Assembly: GCA_973895155.1 (NCBI GenBank)
Contig: OZ316892.1
Coordinates: forward strand, 27,179,233-27,243,232
Direction: 5' to 3'
From: Marsupella aquatica
Taxonomy: Eukaryota > Plantae > Marchantiophyta
DNA: 64,000 bases
A program made the translations under genes and the position numbers. A model generated the notes under the pieces. It made no database searches and was not told the origin of the DNA. It saw only the letters and a program-made list of their open reading frames with translations. Positions 1 through 12,784 of this stretch are shown here, in pieces. Each line of letters opens with the position of its first letter. The stretch's first letter is position 1.

Positions 1-2934
1 GCCAGCTTACCTTGCATTTTCCGAGGGAGGTTCAAGACATCTTCTTCAAGTAATCAGCAGTAACACAACCAATGCCCAGGCACCACTTCTATTGGCAAGG
101 AGCCGGACGGATAGGCCAAATCCGCTCCATGGACTAAAAACATATACGAGAGGGTACAATCTGTCCAACAAAGATTATGGGGCGGTGAGTCTCGTTCTCC
201 ATTTGCATCAATACACTTCCTTTGTCTCTGCCGCTTCGGGCAAAGCTTAGATTCTACACAATTTCGAGTTCATTGCAAGAATCATTGGACACGCTTGTCT
301 TGGGGGCTTCGTGGTCTCTGCCTCCATCGTCTAGGACGACCCGCAGATCCGCAGATTGGGTTACGGCTGTTCTATTGCAAACATTACCAACATATTGATT
401 TTTCGTTCTGCTTTTGCTGGATGACAGTCGGTGGGATACACGGGGCTTCCAGGTTGGATTTTGGCCATAATCTGGGCAGCGCTAGCCTTGTTCCTGCTCA
501 TGACTCTGTGTTTCATGTGTTGCTGCTGCCGGCATAGGACCAAACATGAATACAGCCACGGACGCCTGGGATATATTCTTCCGATACTCGCGCTAGTGCT
601 TTTCACTCTTGCTGCCATGTAAGTCAATTGCTAGCTCGAAAATGCACGTCGTCCGTAGCTTCTGAACGTCTTGGGTGTGAATCCGCTTCCTCTGCTCTTA
701 ACCGGTGCTCATCCATTTTGTTGGAACTGCGAGCCCCAGCTTTTGTGCCCGACTCGGCTTTGTTCCACTGCCTCACTTACAATCTCGTGCTGTTGGGACT
801 TTGCAGAGCTGGGTCGATCTTACTCTACTACGCTCAGCGTTCTTTTAATAACGAGTTGACGGACACTTTGGACTATGTGGTCCAGCAGTCACAAGTCACT
901 GAGGGAGGCCTTCGACAGGTTCAATCCAACCTGAGCAGTGTTGCTAATCTCAACATCGTCGGTATCACGTTCACACCTGCCGACCAACAAACGATTACGT
1001 CATTAAACACGCGGCTTAATAGTACAGCTAATGATCTGCACAGCAAAACTTTGGACAATCGGAAGAAAATAAAAAATGCTATCAATATTGTGTACGTTTA
1101 CTTCACACCACGTCTTTGTGATTGGCCTGCGTTGACAAATTTGCTCTCGCGGTTACGGGGCGTTCTGCCCGTTGAACAAAGTTTGCTGTAAATCTCACAT
1201 TTCAGTCTCGTTGTTGCAGGCGAATCGTGCTCGTAGTGGTGGCTGCTGTCATGTTAGCGCTTGTGCTACTTGGCCTCCGTGAGTTTTTCTACGAATCGAC
1301 CTCTATGAACTTGTGCTATTGTTTCTGGGAGTTTCTTGTCTTCTTCGTTAGCCTCTGTGTAGGGACTTTGAACACAGTCGTTAAGCCAAAACAAGCCTCG
1401 AAAGAAGAATATGTTTGCTACAAACGTAGCTGCATTTTCTCATTATAGCGTATGTTAATGGTTCTCCTGGACCTGCATTCCTGTAAAATATGTACTCACG
1501 TTTTCTTGTTGTGCTTTTCAATGTTTTCAATTCTCGGAATACGATGGCTTGTTTACTTGTAAGTTTTGTCGCGGCGAACCTTTATTTTTGGTTGGACATT
1601 GGTCTATGTTTGTCTTTCTTTCCTGGCATGGCATTTTTGCATCTGGAAGTGAATTGCAGGCACAGGTCAGATTGGAAATTTCCTTGCCAATTCACTCCGT
1701 AGTTGTTACAGTTCTAAGAGTCTGTTCTGCGTGGATTGATTCCGAGATATGTTCTTTTTTCCACAGGTTGGTTTTGGTGGGCTGGGTGTTGGTGCTTGGA
1801 ACATGGATACTTTGCGGCATATTCATGTTCATTGATAAGTATGTATTTTACTGAGTCATCTTCCTTCCCCGCCTAACAGGCTCAGATATTGGTTCTTATT
1901 AGTCTTGTGATCACTTGTTCGGGGTTGTGAATTTGTGATTCGTCCTGTCTTCGCAATTATCAGGGTTCGTCTTATCGTACCCATTACCAGAAAAGGGAAC
2001 TGCGTGATTTGATGGATTTTGATGGTGATTTCGATTGCAGTGGTGTTGGAGACACTTGTTTGGCCATGCAAGAATGGGTAGCCAATCCTGAGGCGAACAC
2101 GAGTTTGGATAAGTTCTTGCCGTGCAGTGGAGCGGCTGCAGCCTCTGCTCTCACTTCATCTCAGCAATTCACGACTCGGATAGTTAATGATGTGAACAAC
2201 GGAATCAATAATCAAGTGAACCGGAACTTACCATTAGGAGTAGTGGGTGGTTACAATCAAAGTGGACCATTGGTTCCTACTTTGTGCAACACAACACCAT
2301 GTGGAGCAAATACTACCAGCTTGGCTGCTGCCTCTCAGGTAATAACTTTTCGGGTATCATTGGTTTCCTTGCGCATTGATACGTGTTGTCTACGTCTTGC
2401 TACTGAGATGCACCCATTTGGTTTTGAGAAGAGCAAAATCATTCCTACGTTCTCTCATTCGGCGGATATCAGTATCATCTTAGGGGCTTTCAGTAGAAGT
2501 GTCTGACTTGATATTTTGGTAACATGCAGGTGTGGAACGCATATTTATGTGTTCCGGACTCAACTGGGCAAATATGCACAACCCAGGGAAGGTTGACGCC
2601 GTCGTTGTACCGACAATTGTCGGGTGGGGCGTCGGCTGCAAATTCGCTTTCCAGCAGTGGCACTTTCCTTACCAATGCAGCAAACTGCGCATTTGTCCGC
2701 GACGTCTTCACAAACGTTTATCAATTTAGGTGTCATAATCTGCGAAAGCATGCAAAGTGGATTTGGATAGGACTGACCCTGGTGTCTGCCGGGAACATGT
2801 TGTCAATTCTCTTATGGATTGTATTCATAAGAAGGAAAAAGTACAGGTATAACGGTAAGGAGGATGAGATGCCAATGCGAAAGGGTCAATCTCAACCTTA
2901 CTCTCCACCTCCACCAGCTTCATCTGCGGCATAA
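1..2934 (+). CDS. Multi-exon plant transmembrane protein (At1g71110/At2g12400-like, Tweety-related); 5' end lies outside the window
   Basis: GT-AG exons at ~<1-184, 428-618, 807-1091, 1220-1278, 1767-1838, 2041-2338 and 2530-2934. Motifs RTDRPNPL..Y..GYNLSNKDY, SVGYTGLPGWILAIIW, CCCC, DTCLAMQEWV.NP..TSLD..LPC, YNQSGPLVPTLCN and CTTQGRLTP are typical of this family. Phase bookkeeping needs one more small 3n+1 exon between 1279 and 1766, which I could not place. Confidence 0.8.
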
Positions 2935-5027
2935 ATGTTTAGCTTAGGGCACTGTAGGAAGTTGGGTTACTGCACCTATTTATGACACATTTGATTCCTT
3001 GAGCTCGTCCAATTTTCTGTAGATATTGCGGTTTGTGTGCACGTTATCCTCAGTAACTTGAACTTCTCATTCTTTCGTCGCGGATCAATCTGCAACTTGT
3101 AACGGTAGGCTCTTCTTTCTGGGAAAGAATTGAGAGGGAATAACGTTGATGGTACCGTATAAAGCTTTTCTGGAATTGACTTTTGTGCCCTCAGTTTTGT
3201 CCTCGAGTATAGAGTCGGCGACAAGCTAGACGAGGTGTGGTGCATTATTTTGGAAAAGCTCTATTCCATCCATATTGTTTGGTATGTGACAGGAAAAATA
3301 CGGAATCGTTATGGCAATGTTGATTTAAGTCACGGGTTTGCAAATATTAAGAATTCTAAAATCACTGTCTTCATCGTTTTCTTCAAATTGTAAGCGTGAT
3401 GTTCTATATGGTTATGGAATTCATCGCACACCGGTGAAGTTCAATTTTCCTACTACACTTTTCGACGAACGTCGACACTAGAGGCTCGCCGTGGAATACG
3501 ACCCAAGAAATCTTCTAATTCGTGAATTCCTTGCCCTGACCTTTCCTAATCAGCCAAAATAGCTTAAGTCGGATATACCATGGCGCAAAAATTCGCTCCA
3601 AGGACTCACTGGGGCACAAATATAGCTGCACATGAATTGTAAACACCAAAACTATCTAAGGTTCAGTTTATGAAGTCTTGAGTAGGGTATGGTACTTTCT
3701 TGGACCACGGAGCACGATAATGTTTGTGCTACTTTTGCTCTATACAGACGATGGTAAATGAGTTGGCCACGTCTATGAGGAAAGATATAGTAAAGCAACT
3801 TTCCCATCTTGTGCACATAGCAAAATAGTACGAGGACCATCATGGTCCCAGACAAAGGATTTTTGCCCCATGCACAAGATAGGAAAGTTGCCACAGCACA
3901 TCTATGAGGAAAGCTGCAATTTTCATCAAATTGGCAGTAGCTGGCCTACAACTTGGTTGGTGAGAGGCACATGTTTTCCATGTACATCAGATGGGATTAA
4001 TCGCCATGAATTCAGTCATTCAGCTGATGAGAACTCTGTGAAATCTTGCAGATGTCAATTCAAGTTTGTCCTCTCGTGTCAAGAAAGGAGAAAGAGAAGC
4101 AAAAATAGAAACGGTGAAAACTATTGCAGAGGCTTCAATAGTCTTCCCTCGTGTCAAATGACTTGTTTCTGAACTTCGTTGGCCCCATAATATATCGTCC
4201 ATTCTCACAAGTGATTTGCCACTGCACCGTCGTCAGTAAAGTCACTCAACCTCCCTTGGCCCCATAACACATCTTCCACAGTCATAAGTGACTGGCTTGC
4301 TACTTCAATGTCATAACTGGCTTATCAATCAACCCTTATCACTCAACCCTCCTTGACCCCATAATATATCTTCCATTGTCATAAGTGAGGACAACTGAAC
4401 CCTACTTGACCCCATAATAAATCCTTTGTGTTAATCCACATAGAAAGCATCAGGTGTAGTGCCATCTGGCACATGATCGCTTATTAGACTAATTTTTCAT
4501 ACTACAATAAATCAGATTGTTCTTTCATATCATTGAGTTTTGAAACAGTAGTTTATATCATTGAGTGTTGAAACTTGGTACATTCTAAAATGCTGCTTTT
4601 TTTAGGTGTGCTTCTCGCGATGCATAATATATCCAATTCTCTTGTCATAAGTGACTTGTCACTTGACTGTACTTGGCTCCACAACAAAAAGGAACTGTTA
4701 CAATCCATGTCTAGTTGCAAGGTGCAAGGGAACCCAAGTACAAAGTGAGCAACTCAACATTTAATTATGCTTAAAACATCGGCTGACTTAGTGTAGTGTG
4801 AAACACAGTCCAGAGTGCTTTCAGTAATACTTGGATTTCTTAGCTTGCCAAAATTTTGCAGCATAATGCTTACGTTGAAAAGCTGGAACATATCATGATG
4901 TGATCCAGGGCAGCCGGATGACGAGAGAGGATCAGCTTCCAGGAGGCAGACCCTACATCTAACAGTGGAGCTGTAACCTGGTAAATGCACACAACTGGAC
5001 ATCACAGGGGTGGCACAATCACAACGG

Positions 5028-5301
5028 TCTTCCTCATAATGGAGGGAACTAAATACTAAGTTCCAACAACTTACACTGCTAATTTTTTTCTGTTTTATCA
5101 CAATGCCACAAATTTTGGTTGTGGGTTATGATAATCACCTGGATGATTGCCTGGACATTCAATTTCTCTTCCTCATAATGGAGGGACATTAATACTAAGT
5201 TCCAACAAATTACACTGCTATTTTTTTTCTGTCTTACCACAATGCCACAAATTTTGGTTGTGGGTATGAAAATTACCTGGATGATTGCCTTGACATTCAA
5301 T
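5028..5301. repeat. Tandem duplication, ~139-bp unit x2
   Basis: TCTTCCTCATAATGGAGGGA...GGATGATTGCC..GACATTCAAT starts at 5028 and again at 5167. Confidence 0.9.
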
Positions 5302-5735
5302 GGCTAACATCCCACCCTATCTGTCCATTGTATGGTGGTTGCTTCCCTCACAATTGACCCAGGGGTGGGCTGCCTACCCTCACTCCCTCCTTTCTCTCCC
5401 CCCTATTCTTCACAGCCCAACTGTGCCAGGCCTCCTCACCAATCACTGCTTGCCTTCAACTGCTGGTGGCTTGGGCAATGCCTCGCTGCTTTAAGACAGT
5501 GAACTCAAAGATTGACTATGAAGGTGAGCCTATGTAAAAGTAGATCTATTGAATGGATAAAGAGTCTCAATTTCCAAGGATACAAGTTTGTCTATTGTAC
5601 ATGGTGTGTAGTAGTATTCTCAGCAAGCATTGTAAGGGAAAAGGGTGCTTTCAAAGTAGAGCTCAGCAACTACTCAATGTCAGCTTTGATTAACGTGAGC
5701 AAATGTAACAGTTTGACAAGGTATGGCGTCCAGGA

Positions 5736-8700
5736 TCAAGGTCCCCTACTAGTAAGAATCTTTAGCTTCCGCCACGCAGGAACCGAATTCTCCAGTGCCT
5801 CTTCTTCAATTTGCTCTATTGCAGAAACACCAACAGCTGCTGGGGACAGGAAGACTGGACATTTATCTTGAACCATGCGCAAAAGCTTCTGAAGCTGCCA
5901 AGTCAAAAAGTATGTACAGTCAGCACTCAAACGGAGAGAGAAACGAGTACAGTGAGAAAGTTTCCTAGCCATGAAACAAATACAACAGATTCTGGCCTCA
6001 TCTACCATCTCCACGCAAGGCCCGATCAGCAGATGCAAGCCTCTTTGTTTCAATGAGCGCTTACATTGAAATTCAATACCTCTTCTGCTTAGCCTCCAGA
6101 TTGTGGTTGGAGACCTATCCAAGATTTCACATGCTAATTTTATTTAAAACTGCCTGTGCTTGAATGTTACTATTAAAAGCTTGGATACGGGGACTTTGGA
6201 CAACCATTTCTGATATTGTCAACGATGTCGATATAACATACTTTCAACCTCAATTCCTGGCCATCTACTCGTTTCTTTCGAAACGGACTCGTTAGTAATG
6301 CTTATCTGAAGAATACCACGCGCTACTCATTCAAGCTTTAAATTGTGAGCTTTGATTTGATCTGACAAGAATATCAAAGATACAGACCTGAACAGTCTCT
6401 TGGACACTTATGTCATTCATAGCAACGACTTCAGATATAATTCGCTCAGCTGCCAGGTTTATCAAACGCCCCACCACCTTCAAGTATATGTTATGAGCAA
6501 GAACTGGCCATAACTGTTTCTCCACGTTTGCAAATGTATCAAACACCTGCATGGCACTGCAATGTGGCAAAGTAACACCGTCAGCAAAGTCCAAGATCCA
6601 TGAGCATCAAAGCTTCTATTGTGAGGATCCTGTGCGAAATAACTTTCTAATCTAGCCAATACCCTCGCTAAGCCGAAAAGGTCACAACTTCTCATCTTGA
6701 GGGCTTCAATTTCCCTTAGATTGATAATGAACCTCTTCAAGAGTTTGTTGAGCAAGTTGAAACATCTTATCGTCGTGAGTGTATTCAAATCCGTTGGCTT
6801 GATCAAGAATCTGCAGCAACAATGATAAACATCGCACTCATGATAAACAAAGGGATCTTGTGGTCCATTGACAGGCACCTACTTCACTTCAGTTTTCACA
6901 AGACACAGTGATTGGTATCATAATGAATTACATGGTAAATTTCTGCCATTGCCTTGCAGCCAAAGACCTATGACTTGCATCAAAAGAGCATTTCAAAGTT
7001 AAAACGTGGTTCGGCCCTGTTTGCTTGGACTCGAAAACCCAGGCTCTGTACAGCTGAGGCATGTACAGCTGATGCTTTAGTCCATGAAACGGACTTTATG
7101 CAATGAATCTCAGGACAAATGCAACCCAAATGCTCAATAATCCTTTTTGGACTTGCTTAATTACCTTCATGACTTCAGACTCTACAACCTTGATTTGTTT
7201 GTCCAGAACTTCCACTGCCATCTTTCGAAACAGTGGTACCAGGTCTACAAACGTAAACACGGGCTGCAATGATGATGGCAACTCTTCATGGTACTGCATT
7301 ACATAGTCATCGAATGATTTTGTAAGAAGAAATTAGATGGGCACGGAACGACAAGGCTATCATGACATAACCAGTTAGGTTGATCAACTCAATTTGTGAA
7401 CCACATGAAAAACCACTATGCCCTTAAAACCTACCCATACAATAATAGAAAACAAAATAAATGATCTCCCAGTCCATGGTCCCTTGCAACAAGGGACAGT
7501 AAGCCTCTCTAAGAACGGACCTGATACTTGAAAGTAAGCACTTCATGGGCAATATAGAGGGAGTCATTGTAACACAAGGCAGAAACCTGCAGCCTGTCTG
7601 ACCTCGCCCCAAGCTGCACATTCCAAGAGACCGCGCAATCCAAAGCTTGATAAGCAGAACGATATAGAGTGCTGGCTTGCAGGAAGCAACAACAAAATAC
7701 GGGCTTTCCTCGGTAATCATATACGATCCGACAAAGCAGTCCATGTTGTTTCCTGTGCATGACAATCAATGCCCGCAAACTGCTTCATCTGCAGCACAGT
7801 GACGCTCACAACATAAAAACGGACTAGTTTGTATGAACCTTGAGAGGGATGATTGCTCGATACATAAAAATGGCATCTCGGGACGCATGATAGAGCTCCA
7901 AGGCTGTCCTGGGGGTTGAGAGACAGACATCCTGCATACGAGAAACGTCTGTAAATCAACTCTATATACAGTCCTTCCGAAAGAGTGCACATCAAAAAAT
8001 GTCCATTAGTGAGCAAAGTCCTGTCTATGGCAAGAGCAAGACATCTTTGCCAATTGGTCACTGAGCAGAGTCTCAGGTGAAACAAACCTGGCTGAATAAA
8101 AACTGAGTAGCAATTCGATGAAAATTTGACTACTAAACACATATCATCCGTATTCGTATAAGCTGGTCAATACCAAGCAGCAGACCACTCAAAACAAAAC
8201 AGAAAAGGAAAAAAAGAATGTGTGCAATCACAAATTTCCCTACCTCGAGCATATCATGGACCGTTTCCAACAGCGATCTGGCCAGGAGACTGATAGCACA
8301 TGGGTTTGGGAAGAGATAGATTGAACGATCTGGACCGGCGTTGGACTCCTCCTCACTGAAGTTCGTCCATTTGCTTTTCTATAAAATGACGGAAAAACAA
8401 CAATCACCATTTTGAAGTTGCTTATCAAAGTGCACTTTAGTATTTAGTGGACTTCACAACCAAAACAACAACCTAAAAGTACGCGAGAGAGTTAACCATC
8501 AGAAAGGCCTCCTTCCATGCGGATGGAGTTTCAAGTTGACACTGCAACTATCCTAAAAAGCGATGGCAGACTAGCGAAAGAAGGTGTTAGATGGTTTTTG
8601 GACTTACTGCTAAACTGTAGTCAGATTGCATGAGTAAGCTTCTCACTTTAGCTAACATCAGTTTCTTCCTTTTTTCAGCAAAGTGAACTTCCACTTCTGA

Positions 8701-11049
8701 CGCGAAAATACTCAATTTGTCACCTTTAGCAGAATCAAAGTTGGCAATAAGGCCTTCATTTGCTAATTCTTTCTCAAAATTCGTCGTTACTTCAGCAATG
8801 TGCTCGAAGTCTTTCAGTTGCGAAGTTTCATTTGGAACCGCCTGCACCACTTACAGAAGTATCAGAACCTTCGACTCAAACATCATTGGCTTTACACACA
8901 GGTCAGAGGTTCGTGAATAATTTGTGTAAGGAATTTAAAATCAAGCATCATTCAGTCCGACAATAAAATTATTCGGATGCATTGCTATTGAACTAACGGG
9001 ACAAAATGCATTTCAGATGAACGAGTCTGGACCTTGCTAAGGCTGCCAGCAATAATGGCATCAGCAAGTCTTGGCCAGAGTGTACGCCCAAATCTTGTCA
9101 TTCGCCCATCATGATTGCCCAAGATGTGCTCGTTAAGAAACTTGATGACTTGAACAATCTTTGGATACAAGCTCTCCAGCAGAGTTTCTGCACTCTGGGA
9201 TGCCAAAACCCAGATCATCATGAATAGGACGTTACGAAAACCACAACACATTTAACCACACGGGTGTGAAGATTGATTAGGTTAATGAAAGAACAATTCA
9301 AACTCTTGCTACCAATCAAACGCCTGGTGACCACATACCATTTGCTACCCTGCTGCAACCGAAGGACAAAAATCACGACTGTAATTCTTTCAGATAAATA
9401 CCTGAGTCCCAAAGCTCCATTTCAAAACACTTCTTGGTGTGGAGCCAACACCAGATCCAAGCAACAATGTAGATACTACACCCTGAGAATTCTTCAGGAG
9501 CGGACTTAAAATATGTTTGACAATCGCATCTCCAAACTTTGCAAGCCTGACATCCAGCACTCCCAGAACCTGTCCAAAGGACAAATTGTGAGTGACACAT
9601 GAAGAATTCCAAATAGAAGATCAACTACCAAGCACAATCGGATAGTGGCCGATCAAAATGCAGCCTAATAAGGCTGACACTTAAAGATGAGACAATACAG
9701 GAAAGATAACCTTTCCCTGAGAGAGTGTAGAGACGAGCACTGTGTTGATCAGCTATAAACTCTAGTCATCCTTCCAGGGCATTCATCCAAATTATCTTTA
9801 AAATACATTGATCCGTTAGCCCTAACAGATTGATAACGTCAGTCAGTCGATCCGTATAGTTCATTCCAATGCAATTCATGATATGATAATTAAGAAAGGG
9901 AAGTTCCAACTGCATCCAGGCATTTGACATTTTGATTCATGACAGAAAACTCGCCACTGTCACTCACATCCATGGCCGTCAGAATGGACGACAAATCGAC
10001 TGCCCCGGCCTCAACACCATTTACCACCATATATCACTTGTAATGTGTCGAATCACTGTCAATTCTGATTTTCTTTCGTCCAGGACAATTGCTTTCGAAA
10101 CTAGGTCGTCCAAGAGAACTAGAAGCTGTCATGCATCCAATATTAACCGGCAGATCAGATAAACGTTGTCAACTGGTATAAACAGAGTCAAAGCAGTACA
10201 AGAAAGGAGCTGTAATGTATCTTCAGCTGATGAACTTCCCTGCTGAAAACCTTCGTCAAGATGGTCAGCTGACTGCTTTGCCTACTCAAAACTAAGTAAG
10301 TCAATCTGTTACATAGGAAAACCGGGAGGACAGTACTCGCATACCGTATTGTAGTGAATCGACCACTCCTCTCGTAGCAATTCAAAGACTTTGACATCCT
10401 GATCCTGGTTTCCAGCCTCTTGTTGCCCATCCTTCAGTCCTAATTTTTCCTGCAGAATTACCATGTCTTGGGCAGCTTCAACCAGCTGACCTGGCAAAAA
10501 TTTCCTCTCCGTGGCCAAAATAAGGCTATGTAACGAAGAGATTGTCTCCACTACAACCAAAGCTTTCTCATTTTCCTTCACTTTGCTCCTTAGTCCCTGT
10601 ACTTCTGCCGCTAAATTGCAAATTTCCACATCCACCGGCGCTCTGCTAATCATTGCACCAGCTCCGCTATCACCTTCTTCAGAATGCTTGTCGTCACCAG
10701 CAATTGTCTTGGAAATGCTTTTGTCATGAGGTAAAAACCTTACAATGTCCTCACGAACAACCACTTCTTCTTTCTCACCTACAAGCTCTAACACACTTTT
10801 CAGGTGCTCAGCCACATTCTCAACATTCAAAATAGCCTGATATGATTGTGTGATTATACGTAGAAAATCTTCGTGATAGCTGCTCACTGTCCTCTGAACC
10901 TTTTTCTTAATTCCTTCGGATCGAGCCCTAATATTTTCCAGGACAGTGATCACGTCGGAGGCTGAAAGAGGAGCCGACTCATCCAGCCTCCCTGAATTAG
11001 ACCGAGGGATTACCTCCCTCAGAGTGGAATCAGCCACTGGAATACCCAT
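5736..11049 (-). CDS. ZW10: Centromere/kinetochore and Dsl1-tether protein ZW10 homologue (multi-exon; apparent frameshift in exon 2, terminal exon not found, possibly pseudogenised)
   Basis: ATG at 11049. Exons translate to PLSASDV..SEGIKKKV, VLGVLDVRLAKFGDAIVKHILSP, FGRTLWPRLADAII, VEVHFAEKRK, DVCLSTPRTALELYHASRDA, YNDSLYIAHEVL, FVDLVPLFRKMAVEVLDKQI, ILDQANGFEYTH, MNDISVQETVQLQKLL and PAWRKLKIL, collinear with plant ZW10/MIP1 as I recall it. Confidence 0.85.
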
Positions 11050-11619
11050 AACTTCACAACAGGGCAGGAATCCCCAATTCCCCCCGATCACCGACTAATT
11101 CTGCTGCAGCCAATCCAAAAACCCTTGTTAGGGAGTTCTCGCTGCATGTGCAACGAGTTCGTATGACGGTAGTGGACCGGCCCCAAGTGCTGACGTGGCC
11201 ATGATCGAGAGAACCTTGAGGGTATTCCAGAACAATGATGTTTCGCTGGACGCTGTAGCTCGCAACGAACGTCTATGCTTTATTATTAGCGACGAATCTC
11301 AGCTCGGGTATTACCTCGCCTCACCGTGCTGCTCCTCTGTGCTTTTCCTTCCTCACAAAAGCACAGTGCTGACGAATCGGTGCTCCTCTGTGCTTTTCCT
11401 TGCGCAGAGGTGACTCTGGCCTACGATTGAACGAAATTGCTATGCGGTGAGAGGACAGACGCAAATTCGTTTAGAATGATGTTATACGCTTCTGTGAAAG
11501 GGCTGTCTCTGTAAATGTGACGAATTCACGATGGTTCCTGGCAGTGGTCCAAATGGTGTCGAGACCTAAATGAATTTGGGCTTACCTGCTTTCCCGGGGA
11601 AGCTTGGGTAATCTGCTAT

Positions 11620-11767
11620 GAGTGCTCCTTTGAATGAATGAAGGCCTCATTCACTTCATCATCTCTGGTATGTTTTGTATCTTTTGTTGTCTTGAGTACT
11701 CCTTTGAATGAATGAAGGCCTCATTCACTTCATCATTTCTGGTATGTTTTGTATGTTTTGTTCTCTT
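11620..11767. repeat. Tandem duplication, 74-bp unit x2
   Basis: GAGT(G/A)CTCCTTTGAATGAATGAAGGCCTCATTCACTTCATC... at 11620 and 11694. Confidence 0.9.
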
Positions 11768-12784
11768 GAAGGGTCTCAACCCTGCCATAATTGCTTTGAT
11801 GGAAAATGATCAACCCTACCAGATAGATAATTGACACTGGTACTGATCAAGTTACTATAATATTCAATCCCGCCCACTTCTGGGCTTGGTTTGCTTACAA
11901 AAATCTAAAAAGGCGGGAACAAATCTTGATCATCCATTGAAAAGACATTTTTTAGTAACCATCAGATATACCAAAATCATCCATTTGTCTCCCCTCAAAT
12001 TTATTTCACAAACAGTGTAAGTAAGGCCAAGGTACCACCTCCAAGGCACACTTGACCATTTAATGCTCTATGCCTGTGGGCAATTGTACTTGAAAGTACA
12101 GCAATGATGGGGCTAATTAGAGTGTACTTTTATTCACTACGAGGAGCAAGATCGAGGCACATTAAGACCTGCAATTGTACTAATCAGGCCAGGGTTAGGG
12201 GACGGGCAGCGTTGGGACTCTTTGGGCCATGCGAGGGTGACACGCAGAGGCTGCCCAGATTTTGCGAGGGCTCTGCTGCACCCAAAAAACGGAGGTCCTG
12301 TCCATTGCCTTTCGGCCCTGTCCCTCGCCGCAGCCCTGTCGCAATTCCCCTGCACCCCGTCGCTTTACGCCCGTCACGCTAAACGCCCGTCACGCTGCTA
12401 TGGAACACCCGTCTTCCGTGACTGTATTTCCCTGTCGCCCATCGGCAACTAAATGTCGCTGTATTGCAACGAATCAAGTGTACTCGACGTACGTTTAGGG
12501 AAGGGGGTGCCTCTAAGGGTATCTGCACATGAGATTGGCATTTCAGCTGCTTCGTCGCCTTACATGTTAGGGTCGATACAGGGCTGAAGGGTTTAGGGTC
12601 GCGGAGGTCAGCTGTGATTTGCATCGAATCGGATTCAGCCCTGCTACATTGTTGTCAATATTTCCCTTCGACCCAATTCTGAAGGTTGTTTCGTTTGTGT
12701 AGGGCAAACGTGCGTGGTGCAGTGTTTAGGACCAATTTCAGGCAAGTTGTCTCATTCCCATCTGTTGTCTTTGTGGGATAAAAA

